37,589 nucleotides of DNA. It comes from Spirochaetia bacterium (GTDB lineage Bacteria; Spirochaetota; Spirochaetia; B11-G9). The translations under genes were made by a program, and so were the position numbers. Positions 27,105-36,399 of this stretch are shown in pieces (position 1 is the stretch's first letter; every line of letters starts with the position of its first letter). The notes beneath the pieces were generated by a model, which saw only the letters and a program-made list of their open reading frames with translations, was not told the origin of the DNA and searched no databases. The stretch is taken from the NCBI GenBank assembly GCA_029932585.1, contig JAOZPU010000005.1, positions 13,527 through 51,115 on the forward strand, in the 5' to 3' direction.

Positions 27105-28320
27105 TGATTTCGAAAAAAATCTTTTTAACTATATTGATGAAAATGAGCTTGTTGAACTTACTCGAAATTTGATCAAAATTGATTCTGTTATTCGTCCTGA
27201 AACAGGAAATACAGAAGCAAAGGTTGTTGAATTTATTGCAAACTGGATTAGAACAGAATTGGAACTGGAACCTGAAATTAATGAAGTTTTACCTGGAAGA
27301 GAAAATATTATTCTAAAAATTGATTCAGGAAGACCTGGTAAAACACTTATGTTTGAAGGTCATACTGATGTTGTTTCTGAAGGTGTAATCTCTCTTTGGA
27401 AGCATGATCCCTTTGGCGCAGTAATTGAAGATGGAAAGATCTATGGCCGTGGATCATGTGATATGAAAGCTGGAGTTGCAGTTAACCTGCTAACTGTAAA
27501 AGCTATGCTTAAATCTAAAGTTGAATTTAGCGGTAGAATAATTCTTGGTATTCTTTGTGATGAAGAAGATCTTATGCTTGGTGTTCAGGATTTTATTAAA
27601 CAGGGTCATGCTGATAATGTTGATGCCTGCCTTGTTTCAGAACCTGAGGAAAATCAGTTATGTATAAGTATGAAAGGAGCTCTTCGAATTAAACTTACAG
27701 TTCATGGGAAAATGGCCCATGGTGCTATGCCTCTTGCAGGAATAAATCCTAATACCAGACTTGCCTGGATAATTCTTGCATTTCAGGAATATGAGGAAAG
27801 CCTTAAAGAAGAATTTGGTGAGGATGAATATCTTGGCTGGCCTTCAGTAACTTTTACAGTTATTCAATCACCTCCACCACCAGAGCCTCCCCAGTTAAAT
27901 GTAATGCCTGGTGAATCTGTTGCATATGTAGATATTAGAACTATTCCCGGGCAGGACCATAAAGAGATAAAAGAAGCTTTAGGAAATATTCTAAAAGAAC
28001 TTGGTAATCAGGATCCTGATTTCAATGTTACAATGGACTATCTGGCAGACAAACCAGTGGTGAGTATGAGTAAGGATGAGCCCATTGTTCTTACTGCAGC
28101 AGCTGTTTATAAAGATCTGACAGGAAAAGAACCTGTTTATAATGGTGTTCCCGGAGCAACAGATGGTACATATCTTAGAGATCTAAAAGGTATTCCATGC
28201 CTTGTAAATGGACCAGGCCCCAGACATATTCCTCATCAGACAGATGAATATGTAGAAATTGATGAATTAGTAGAATCACTAAAACTGTATGTTTTAACAA
28301 CTTATAGGTTTTTAAATTAG
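27097..28320 (+). CDS. M20 family metallo-amidohydrolase (ArgE/DapE-like)
   Basis: GHTDVV, GRGSCDMKAG, DEE, EPE, GATD and HQTDE motifs. Confidence 0.93.
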   Translation: MLSDFEKNLFNYIDENELVELTRNLIKIDSVIRPETGNTEAKVVEFIANWIRTELELEPEINEVLPGRENIILKIDSGRPGKTLMFEGHTDVVSEGVISLWKHDPFGAVIEDGKIYGRGSCDMKAGVAVNLLTVKAMLKSKVEFSGRIILGILCDEEDLMLGVQDFIKQGHADNVDACLVSEPEENQLCISMKGALRIKLTVHGKMAHGAMPLAGINPNTRLAWIILAFQEYEESLKEEFGEDEYLGWPSVTFTVIQSPPPPEPPQLNVMPGESVAYVDIRTIPGQDHKEIKEALGNILKELGNQDPDFNVTMDYLADKPVVSMSKDEPIVLTAAAVYKDLTGKEPVYNGVPGATDGTYLRDLKGIPCLVNGPGPRHIPHQTDEYVEIDELVESLKLYVLTTYRFLN

Positions 28321-28385
28321 GCTTTTATAATGTTGCACAGCACAAAAAGCTATAAATGAGAGAAATTTGAAATAAAAGGATTTTT

Positions 28386-29078
28386 ATGTCGGGTGGAAAG
28401 AAATATATATGGTTTGATCTTGGGTATACTCTACTTAAATTGAAGAGAGAAGAGAGTTTTAGGAATATTCTTTCAGATCTTGGTTTCGAAGTATCAATTA
28501 GTCAAATTGAAAAAGCTTTTCATCTTACAGATAAACTTTTTATGAGAAAGTATCCAGGTGTTCTTGGCAAGAGTAGGGCGTTCTATATGCCTATGTATCT
28601 TGGGAATATGATATATGCTCTTGGTTTACGGACAGATATCTGTCCTCTTTTTTTGGAATGGAAGAAAAAACTTGAAAATCCATTTAAGGTCTGGGCTCCT
28701 TTTGATAATGTAAAAAATGAACTTAAAAATCTTGTCTCAGAAGGTTATCGTCTTGGAGTAATCTCCAATTGGGATAAAACTGCAGTTCCATTACTGGATC
28801 AGTTTGAACTTACCTCTTTTTTTGACAATATAATAATATCGTCAGAAGTAGGATGTGAAAAACCTGATATAAAGATATTCCAAATTGCTCTGGATAAGGC
28901 TTCAGTTCCTGTAGAGGATTGTCTTTATGTTGGAGACAATTATTATGATGATGGAATTGGAAGTAAGAATATTGGAATGGATTTTGTAATTATAAATGCA
29001 TATAGCGATCTGGGTGTTGAGGAACTGGATGATTGTAATATAATTACTGATATAACTCAGCTTAGGGAGTATTTATGA
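28386..29078 (+). CDS. HAD-superfamily hydrolase (subfamily IA)
   Basis: FDLGYTL, GVISNWD, EKPD and YVGDNYYDD motifs. Confidence 0.92.
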   Translation: MSGGKKYIWFDLGYTLLKLKREESFRNILSDLGFEVSISQIEKAFHLTDKLFMRKYPGVLGKSRAFYMPMYLGNMIYALGLRTDICPLFLEWKKKLENPFKVWAPFDNVKNELKNLVSEGYRLGVISNWDKTAVPLLDQFELTSFFDNIIISSEVGCEKPDIKIFQIALDKASVPVEDCLYVGDNYYDDGIGSKNIGMDFVIINAYSDLGVEELDDCNIITDITQLREYL

Positions 29079-29806
29079 AACTAACTGTAGTTGGTCACTG
29101 GGGAGCATATCCCGGCCCGGGAGGAGCCAGTTCCGGTTATTTATTAGAAGAGAACAATGAAAGTTTGTTGTTGGACTGTGGGTCGGGTGTGCTTGCAAAA
29201 CTGTATGAATATACTGATATCAGCCAGTTGAATAATGTTGTATTATCTCATTATCATTCAGATCATATAGCAGATATTGGATGTCTCCAGTATGCATCAA
29301 AGGTACAGTTAAGTCTTGGTGAGAGAATAGATCCCATATCTATTTATGGACACACACTTTCAGATTTTTTTAATAAATTAAGTTATGAAAATGCTTCAGT
29401 TGGAAAGCCTATACAAGAGGGTACCTCTGTTAGTATTGGCCCCATAACTCTTCATTTTAAGCATACAACCCATCCTGCTCCTGCTTTAGCAATGCGGATT
29501 GAATCTGAAAATGGTTCTATGGGTTATACAGCAGATACCGGGTGGAATGATTCTCTTATAGATTTTTTTAGTGGAGTAGATTTACTTCTTTGTGAATCAA
29601 GTCTATATAATAAATATAAGGGGAGAGTTGAAGGACATCTTACTGCTGGAGAAGCTGGTCTTCTTGCTAAAGAGGCCGGTGTCGGGCAGTTAGTTCTTAC
29701 TCATATGCCACATTTTGGTGATCATAATGAACTTAAAATAGAGGCTGGAAATGTCTATAGTGGAAAAATAGAACTTGCAGAGAGTGGTAAAGTCTGGATA
29801 ATCTGA
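29075..29806 (+). CDS. MBL-fold metallohydrolase (RNase Z/YhfI-like phosphodiesterase group)
   Basis: LLDCGSG, SHYHSDH, YTADT, CES, GHLT and LTH motifs. Confidence 0.92.
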   Translation: MKLTVVGHWGAYPGPGGASSGYLLEENNESLLLDCGSGVLAKLYEYTDISQLNNVVLSHYHSDHIADIGCLQYASKVQLSLGERIDPISIYGHTLSDFFNKLSYENASVGKPIQEGTSVSIGPITLHFKHTTHPAPALAMRIESENGSMGYTADTGWNDSLIDFFSGVDLLLCESSLYNKYKGRVEGHLTAGEAGLLAKEAGVGQLVLTHMPHFGDHNELKIEAGNVYSGKIELAESGKVWII

Positions 29807-29873
29807 AATTGTGAGAATTATATAGAAATGTATTTGTCTAATATATGATTTTTATGGCATACTTAGGGGTAAT

Positions 29874-30800
29874 ATGGAATTATTGTTATTTATTGTAAGA
29901 CGTTTTCTCAGATTGGTATTAACTATTCTTATTATCTCTACAATTATTTTTTTCGTGATAAGGGTTATTCCTGGTGATCCTGCTCTTGTAGTTGCAGGCA
30001 TTGATGCCTCGGATGATGATATTCAGGCTATTCGTGTTCGTCTCGGGACAGATGTTCCTGTAGGTGTTCAGTATGTACGGTGGTTATCGGATATTGTTCG
30101 TTTTGATTTTGGTGAATCCATGATATCCGGTGCTTCAGTTAATAAGCTTATTTTAGAGCGTTTTCCTTTAACACTTACTCTTGCTGTTTTAGGAATTATG
30201 CTGGGTATTATTGTTGCAATTCCTCTTGGGGTTCTTTCGGCTGTACATAGGTGGTCCTTTTGGGATTACTTTGGGATGGTATATTCACAGATGGGTATGG
30301 CCATACCAAGTTTCTGGCTGGGACTGATTCTATTACTTGTTTTTGCTGTAAAAATACCTCTGTTTCCACTGTTTGGGTCGGATAGTCTTAAACATTTAAT
30401 TCTACCTGCAATTGCTCTTGGTTTTGCCCGTGCTGCGGTTATTCTTAGACTAACCAGAGCTGCTATGGTGGAGGAACTAAGTAGAGAATATATTATAACC
30501 GCAAGAGCAAAAGGTCTGACAGACAGAATGATTCGATACAAGCATGCACTGCGAAATGCAATGATAGCTGTTGTAACTATAACAGGGATTCAGTTTGGCT
30601 ATATGCTTGGTGGAGCAATTATTGTTGAGCAGGTTTTTTCTCTGCCTGGTCTTGGTAGATTATTTTTATATGCAATTTATCAACGTGATTTCCCTTTAAT
30701 TCAGGGTGGTGTTGTTTTTATAGCTATTGTTTTTTCTCTGGTTAACTTTGCTGTAGATATTCTTTACAGTGTGCTTAATCCTAAGATAAGGATTTCATAG
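29874..30800 (+). CDS. Opp/Dpp/Nik-family ABC permease (DppB-like)
   Basis: IPGDPA, IPSFWLG, EAA-like EYIITARAKGL, KHALRNA and IVEQVFSLPGLGRL motifs. Confidence 0.95.
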   Translation: MELLLFIVRRFLRLVLTILIISTIIFFVIRVIPGDPALVVAGIDASDDDIQAIRVRLGTDVPVGVQYVRWLSDIVRFDFGESMISGASVNKLILERFPLTLTLAVLGIMLGIIVAIPLGVLSAVHRWSFWDYFGMVYSQMGMAIPSFWLGLILLLVFAVKIPLFPLFGSDSLKHLILPAIALGFARAAVILRLTRAAMVEELSREYIITARAKGLTDRMIRYKHALRNAMIAVVTITGIQFGYMLGGAIIVEQVFSLPGLGRLFLYAIYQRDFPLIQGGVVFIAIVFSLVNFAVDILYSVLNPKIRIS

Positions 30801-31786
30801 TGCTTGAAATAAAAAATCTTAACATAAGTTTCGTCCAGGGAGAAAAAGAGGCTAATGCACTTAGAGGTATTAGTTTAAGTCTTAAACGAAATGAAGTACA
30901 TTCTCTTGTTGGTGAATCCGGATCAGGAAAAACAGTAACATCTACCTGTATAATGGGACTTCTCCCTACACCTCCTGGTCGTATAAATTCCGGTCAGATT
31001 ATTCTTAATAATCAGGATCTTCTTCTTCTGGAGGAAAAGGATCAAAGGCAAATTAGAGGTAAAGAGATTGCTATGGTTTTTCAGGAACCTGCACGATATC
31101 TAAATCCCACTTTAAAGGTTGGAGATCAAATTACGGAGATGTTAATTCTTCATCTTGGTATGAGTAATATTGAGGCTGTAGATCGGGCACTAGAGATACT
31201 TGAACTTGTTGGCCTTGAAGGTGGCAAACGAATTCTTGACAGTTATCCTCATGAACTTTCAGGTGGAATGAAACAGCGAATTATGATAGCTATAGCTATA
31301 AGTTGTAATCCTGCTTTTTTAATTGCAGATGAACCAACAACAGCCCTGGATGTAACTCTTCAGCTTCAGATACTTAATCTTATGCTAAGTTTGAAAAACA
31401 CTCTGGATATGGGAATTTTATTTATTTCACATGATTTGCGAGTTGTTCATGATATTTCTGACTGGGTTTCGGTAATATATGCAGGAAGAATTGTTGAATC
31501 AACGTCTCGTAAAGAGCTATTTACGAATCCGAAACATCCATATACACGACTTCTTCTTGAATCTATTCCTGATGCAGATAAAAGAGGTCAAAGGCTTCAG
31601 ACTATACCAGGAAAAGTTCCTGATGCAGAGAATATACCTGGGGGTTGTGCTTTTCATACAAGATGTCCTATTGCAGAGGATATTTGCAAAACAGACTTAC
31701 CTGAGACAAAAGAAGTAGGTTCGGATAATTCTGGTACCTCTCATACAGCAGCATGTCACTTTATTGGAAAACAATGGAAAAATTAA
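30800..31786 (+). CDS. Opp/Dpp-family ABC ATPase (DppD-like) with C-terminal 4-Cys motif
   Basis: GESGSGKT, LSGGMKQR, ADEPTTALD, HPYT and GCAFHTRCPIAEDIC...AACH; GTG start overlaps the upstream TAG. Confidence 0.95.
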   Translation: MLEIKNLNISFVQGEKEANALRGISLSLKRNEVHSLVGESGSGKTVTSTCIMGLLPTPPGRINSGQIILNNQDLLLLEEKDQRQIRGKEIAMVFQEPARYLNPTLKVGDQITEMLILHLGMSNIEAVDRALEILELVGLEGGKRILDSYPHELSGGMKQRIMIAIAISCNPAFLIADEPTTALDVTLQLQILNLMLSLKNTLDMGILFISHDLRVVHDISDWVSVIYAGRIVESTSRKELFTNPKHPYTRLLLESIPDADKRGQRLQTIPGKVPDAENIPGGCAFHTRCPIAEDICKTDLPETKEVGSDNSGTSHTAACHFIGKQWKN

Positions 31787-32703
31787 TTGAATTAAAAAAT
31801 ATTATCAAGGTTTTCAAAAGCCACAAACTCATATCTGTAAAAAAGGATAACTACGTAGCTGTCAATAATGTAAGTCTTGATATACAGAAAAATACTATTT
31901 TCGGTCTGGTTGGTGAGTCTGGTTGTGGAAAAACAACTCTTGCCAGATCTGTAATGATGCTGGATCCTCCCAGTTCCGGAGAAATCATTTACAATGGGAA
32001 AAATATTTCAGGCATTTCAAGAAAAGAACTCCATCCATACAGGTCAAGAATGCAGATCGTCTTTCAGGATCCAAATAGCGCCCTTAATCCTAAAATGTCC
32101 ATATATAACTGTATGAAAGAAGGTTTGGTAAACAGAAAGTTTCCAAAAGATAAGATGGATAGTAAAATTAAGAGTTTGCTTGATCTTGTTGGAATTTCTC
32201 CAAATCATGTAAATCGATTTCCACACGAATTTTCAGGAGGGCAAAAGCAGAGAATTGTTATTGCCCGGGCACTTTCCATGGAACCGGAATTTCTTGTTTT
32301 GGATGAACCTGTTTCTAATCTTGATGTATCAATTCAGGCTCAAATAATAAATCTTTTACTGGATTTAAAAGATGAGTTTTCATTGACGTATCTTTTTATC
32401 TCCCATGACCTTAATCTTGTTTCATATTTAAGTGATGAGGTTGCTGTGATGTATAAAGGAGAGATTGTGGAGACTGCTAAAACAGAAAAAATTATGAAGA
32501 AACCCATGCATCCATATACTCTCAAATTGTTTTCATCTGCTCCAGGTAAAGATAGTAATAATCTTTTTGAAGCAGATGATAGCTACAGAGAAGGGTTACC
32601 TGAAAAATTTACATATTTCCCTCCAAATCCTGATTCTACTTTGCAGCTAATAGATATTGGAGAAGATCACAGAGTTGGTTGTTATACATTAAACGGATCG
32701 TAG
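31774..32703 (+). CDS. Opp/Dpp-family ABC ATPase (DppF-like)
   Basis: GESGCGKT, FSGGQKQR, LDEPVSNLD and HPYT motifs. Start probably ATG 31774, alternatively 31753. Confidence 0.95.
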   Translation: MEKLIELKNIIKVFKSHKLISVKKDNYVAVNNVSLDIQKNTIFGLVGESGCGKTTLARSVMMLDPPSSGEIIYNGKNISGISRKELHPYRSRMQIVFQDPNSALNPKMSIYNCMKEGLVNRKFPKDKMDSKIKSLLDLVGISPNHVNRFPHEFSGGQKQRIVIARALSMEPEFLVLDEPVSNLDVSIQAQIINLLLDLKDEFSLTYLFISHDLNLVSYLSDEVAVMYKGEIVETAKTEKIMKKPMHPYTLKLFSSAPGKDSNNLFEADDSYREGLPEKFTYFPPNPDSTLQLIDIGEDHRVGCYTLNGS

Positions 32704-32721
32704 ATTCGTAAAAAATATATA

Positions 32722-32767
32722 TCGATAAAATGGGCGATACGAAGTGTCAAGGTTCTATTTTAGTCGA
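32722..32767 (+). promoter_or_regulatory. Conserved stem-loop leader upstream of ABC substrate-binding protein gene (copy 2)
   Basis: TC-GATAAAATGGG-CGATAC-GAA-GTGTCA-AGGT-TCTATTTTAGTC-GA; 34/42 identical to 2..43; followed by AAGGAG and ATG 32781. Confidence 0.7.
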
Positions 32768-32780
32768 AAAGGAGTAACAT

Positions 32781-34286
32781 ATGAGAAAGGCAGCAAAATT
32801 TGGATTATTTCTTGTCATGATTATGCTTATGACAGGGATGCTGTTTGCAGCTGGGAGTAAAGAGGTTAAACCCCTCAATTTTGCTTTGGCTGGAAATCCT
32901 GATACATTAGATCCTCACAAAACTTCGGGGACTCTTACGTTTCAAACAGTTAAGAGTGTTTACGATACACTGGCAGAACCAGATGAAAATGGTGTTATTG
33001 TACCGGCTCTTGCTGAAAGTTGGGATGTCTCAGCTGATTCACTTACATGGACCTTTCATTTAAGAAAGGGTGTAAAATTTCATAATGGTGATGCTTTTAC
33101 ATCTGCAGATGTTAAGGCTTCTTTTGAAAGAGTTCTGGCAGAAGAAACAGCTTCTCCTCATAGAAAAGAGATGGGTATTATTGCATCTATGGATACACCT
33201 GATGATTTAACAATTGTATTTAATCTTTCTGGCCCACATGCTCCTTTTCTTGCAACCCTTGCTTCCGGTTGGAGTGCAATTCTTCCTAAGAGTCTGATTG
33301 ATACAGGTCATGATTTTGACTCTCTTCCTGTAGGAACCGGACCTTTTAAACTGGAAGAATGGGTTCGTGACAGTAAGGTTGTATTTTCAAAGAATGATGA
33401 TTACTGGATGAAAGGACTACCAAAACTGGATAAGGTTATTCTTCACATTATACCAGAGACATCTGTTGTTGTTCAGGGACTTATTTCCGGTCAGATAGAT
33501 GTAGTTTATATTGTTGACAGTGATGATATTCCAATGCTTGAAGCAAGTCCTGATGTTACACTGAAGGAGAATCTTACATCCCTTATAATGGTTATGCCAA
33601 TGAACACCAGCAAACCTCCTCTTGATGATATTAGAGTACGTCAGGCTATTAACTATGCTATTGATAAGCAGAAAATACTTGATATTGCATATGGTGGTGG
33701 TGAAACTATTGGAACATTTATGGATCGTGGGAATGCATACTATAAAGATTTTACAGATCTTTATCCATATAATCCCGAAAAGGCTAAAGCACTTCTAAAA
33801 GAAGCCGGTGTTGGTAATGATGTTGAATTAAAACTGTATCTTCCCCAAAATTATACCCTTCATGTTAAAGCTGGAGAGATGTATCAGGAGATGCTTACCA
33901 AGGTTGGCCTAAATGTAAAAATTCAGTTAATTGACTGGTCTACATGGATTAGTGATGTTTATAGAGCTAGTAAGTTTGACTTAACAGTTATTGGACATAC
34001 TGGAAAACTTGATCCTGATGGTACTCTTGGTGGTTATGGCGAAGGTAAATATGTTCAATGGTTTAATGATGATGCTGCAGGACTTATAAAGAAAGCAGCT
34101 GCAACAATTGGATATGAAGAAAGAAAGGTAATGTATGACCAGGTTCTTGAAATAATGGCAAAAGAAGTTCCTTTTGTTTACCTTGGTTCTTCCTATAGAA
34201 CAACTGCTTATCGATCTAATGTAACTGGATTTAGGATTACTCCGAACCTGGATACATTTGACTTCAGGTGGACAGAGTTTAAATAG
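32781..34286 (+). CDS. Family 5 ABC substrate-binding protein (DppA/OppA-like)
   Basis: Signal ending LFAAGSKE; PDTLDPH, LAESWDVS, LRKGVKFHNG, PVGTGPFKL, VRQAINYAID and YNPEKAKALL motifs. Confidence 0.95.
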   Translation: MRKAAKFGLFLVMIMLMTGMLFAAGSKEVKPLNFALAGNPDTLDPHKTSGTLTFQTVKSVYDTLAEPDENGVIVPALAESWDVSADSLTWTFHLRKGVKFHNGDAFTSADVKASFERVLAEETASPHRKEMGIIASMDTPDDLTIVFNLSGPHAPFLATLASGWSAILPKSLIDTGHDFDSLPVGTGPFKLEEWVRDSKVVFSKNDDYWMKGLPKLDKVILHIIPETSVVVQGLISGQIDVVYIVDSDDIPMLEASPDVTLKENLTSLIMVMPMNTSKPPLDDIRVRQAINYAIDKQKILDIAYGGGETIGTFMDRGNAYYKDFTDLYPYNPEKAKALLKEAGVGNDVELKLYLPQNYTLHVKAGEMYQEMLTKVGLNVKIQLIDWSTWISDVYRASKFDLTVIGHTGKLDPDGTLGGYGEGKYVQWFNDDAAGLIKKAAATIGYEERKVMYDQVLEIMAKEVPFVYLGSSYRTTAYRSNVTGFRITPNLDTFDFRWTEFK

Positions 34287-35105
34287 ATGATAATAAAAGG
34301 AAAGAACTGGGTTTTTAATATTTCAGTTCTGTTTATAATTCTTTTAGGGGCGGCTGCAATTGCAGCCCCCCTGGTTTCTCCATATAGTCCTACTGATCAG
34401 AATATTGATCGTAGGTTTTCAGCACCGGATTCTATTAATATTCTTGGTACAGATAATTTTGGAAGAGATATTCTTAGTCGAATTATTTATGGTTCCAGAT
34501 CTGCACTCCTTGTAGGAATAGTTTCTGCTTCCATAGCTGTTACTATTGGAATGACTGTAGGGCTTATTGCCGGCCTTGGAGGTAATTGGGTAGATAACCT
34601 GCTTATGCTCCTTATGGATTCGCTTTTATCGTTTCCTACAATTTTACTTGCAATTACGGTTGTTTCCTTTTTTGGCTACGGCCTCGTACAGGTTATGTCT
34701 GCTATTGGAATAATATACAGTCCTGTTTTTGCAAGGCTTGTAAGGGCAGAAACACTGGCTATAAAAACAGAGAGTTATATTGAAGCATCCCGTGCATTGG
34801 GTACACCTGTTATTAAACGGGTTTTTATTCACATTATTCCTAATCTTCTGGGAAAAGTTATAGTTCAGCTTACAATTACTTTTGCTCTTGCAGTTGTTAT
34901 TGAAGCATCTCTCTCTTATTTGGGTTTAGGTACTCAACCACCTGCACCAAGCTGGGGGTTAATGCTTAAAGATGCAAAGAATTATCTAATACAGGCACCA
35001 TGGATGGCAATATATCCTGGTCTTGCACTGGCTTTTACTGTATTTGCTTTTAATTTGATTGGTGATACTTTTGCCGAAAAACTTAATCCCAGAGTTCTAA
35101 AGTAG
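34287..35105 (+). CDS. Opp/Dpp-family ABC permease (DppC-like)
   Basis: LGTDNFGRDILSR, YIEASRALG, HIIPN and LSYLGLG.QPP.PSWG motifs. Confidence 0.95.
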   Translation: MIIKGKNWVFNISVLFIILLGAAAIAAPLVSPYSPTDQNIDRRFSAPDSINILGTDNFGRDILSRIIYGSRSALLVGIVSASIAVTIGMTVGLIAGLGGNWVDNLLMLLMDSLLSFPTILLAITVVSFFGYGLVQVMSAIGIIYSPVFARLVRAETLAIKTESYIEASRALGTPVIKRVFIHIIPNLLGKVIVQLTITFALAVVIEASLSYLGLGTQPPAPSWGLMLKDAKNYLIQAPWMAIYPGLALAFTVFAFNLIGDTFAEKLNPRVLK

Positions 35106-35119
35106 AGCGGGAACTGGCA

Positions 35120-35938
35120 ATGAAAATAGGTATACTCTCTGATATCCATGTTGATATAAATTTTACAGATAAGGATATTATTACTCCATCAATCTGCAAT
35201 AATATTAAAGATAATGCTCTGGATATGATAATTATTGCCGGAGATGTTGCCAGCAATTATAAACTTATTCTAACAACTCTTGAAGAGATTGAAAAACAGA
35301 CAAATATTCCCTGTCTCTATGTCCCGGGTAATCACGATATCTGGGTAGAAAATTATCCTGAAAAGACATCCTGGGAAATTTATGAATTATTAAAATCTTA
35401 TCCCCACAATCTTGCAAATGGACCTTATGTTATAAATAATGACTGGGTAGTTATTGGAGATCTTGGTTGGTATGATTTTAGTTTTGGAGATTCAAATAAA
35501 TACAGTTTTGATGATTTTAGTAATATGAAATATGAAGAGAGAGTTTGGCAGGACAGTATTAAAGCTGTATGGAATAAGTCCACTCAGGATATGCATAGAT
35601 ATTTTATGGATAAACTGGAAAAACAGTTAAAAATGTACCAGAATAAAAATATTATAGTTGTCACTCATGTTCTTCCTATAATTGATTTTACAGTTCAACC
35701 TCCGTCCCCAATGTGGGAATATATGAATGCCTTTTTAGGAAGCTCAGAATATGGAGAGTTAATTTTAAAGTATCCAAATGTAAAATATGCTGTTTCGGGG
35801 CATGTCCATTACAGAAAACGTAAAAAAATAAATGAAACTGAGTTTATCTGTAATTGCCTTGGATACAAAAATGAGTGGTATAAGAATGATGATGCGGAAG
35901 TTGAAGTTGATAAGGCTTTGATGACTATTGGTATTTAA
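35120..35938 (+). CDS. Calcineurin-like metallophosphoesterase
   Basis: SDIH, AGD, GNHD, GWYDFSF, VTH and SGHVH motifs. Confidence 0.92.
   Translation: MKIGILSDIHVDINFTDKDIITPSICNNIKDNALDMIIIAGDVASNYKLILTTLEEIEKQTNIPCLYVPGNHDIWVENYPEKTSWEIYELLKSYPHNLANGPYVINNDWVVIGDLGWYDFSFGDSNKYSFDDFSNMKYEERVWQDSIKAVWNKSTQDMHRYFMDKLEKQLKMYQNKNIIVVTHVLPIIDFTVQPPSPMWEYMNAFLGSSEYGELILKYPNVKYAVSGHVHYRKRKKINETEFICNCLGYKNEWYKNDDAEVEVDKALMTIGI
35697..35710 (+). repeat. Dispersed GC-rich motif copy (AACCTCCGTCCCCA)
   Basis: Identical to 14468..14481; read in frame as QPPSP in the metallophosphoesterase. Confidence 0.5.
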
Positions 35939-36009
35939 TTTTGTTGATATCCTTCTTTAATATATAAATAATAGACTGGCGCAAAAAGTTTTTATAACAT
36001 TCTTACTAC

Positions 36010-36037
36010 TTGACTAATATAGCCCGTAGGCTATAAT
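36010..36037 (+). promoter_or_regulatory. sigma70 promoter with overlapping palindromic operator for the toxin-antitoxin operon
   Basis: TTGACT-16 nt-TATAAT; inverted repeat TATAGCC-CGTA-GGCTATA (36018..36035); ATG only 6 nt after the -10 box. Confidence 0.75.
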
Positions 36038-36043
36038 TATACT

Positions 36044-36397
36044 ATGTGGCAAATTGAATATACAGATGAATTTGAGCTGTGGTGGAGAAGTCTATCTGAG
36101 CATGAACAAATTGATCTGGTAGCAAGTATTGATCTTTTGGAACAAATTGGACCCAATTTGGCCCGACCTTATTCAGATACATTAAGAGGTTCAAAACATA
36201 CAAATATGAAAGAGCTAAGAACTCAGAGTAAAGGAAAACCACTACGAACTTTTTATGCATTTGATTCTCGTCGATCTGCTATTTTATTAATTGGTGGAGA
36301 TAAAACCGGAGATGATCGTTTCTATGAAAGAATGATACCTCTGGCAGATCGTTTATATGATGAACATCTTAGAGATATTAAAAGAGAGGAGTTCTAA
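36044..36397 (+). CDS. Type II toxin, RelE/ParE superfamily (HigB/Gp49-like)
   Basis: W.IEYTDEF..W, GP.L.RPYSDTL.GS...NMKELR and R.FYAFD..R.AILLIGGDK motifs; lies upstream of an HTH gene. Confidence 0.92.
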   Translation: MWQIEYTDEFELWWRSLSEHEQIDLVASIDLLEQIGPNLARPYSDTLRGSKHTNMKELRTQSKGKPLRTFYAFDSRRSAILLIGGDKTGDDRFYERMIPLADRLYDEHLRDIKREEF

Positions 36398-36399
36398 TA

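Noticed and set aside
29075-35938. MBL hydrolase or metallophosphoesterase as the cAMP phosphodiesterase partner of the cyclase
   Set aside because: The folds are compatible, but the genes lie 15-21 kb away within a different gene run and nothing in the sequence links them.
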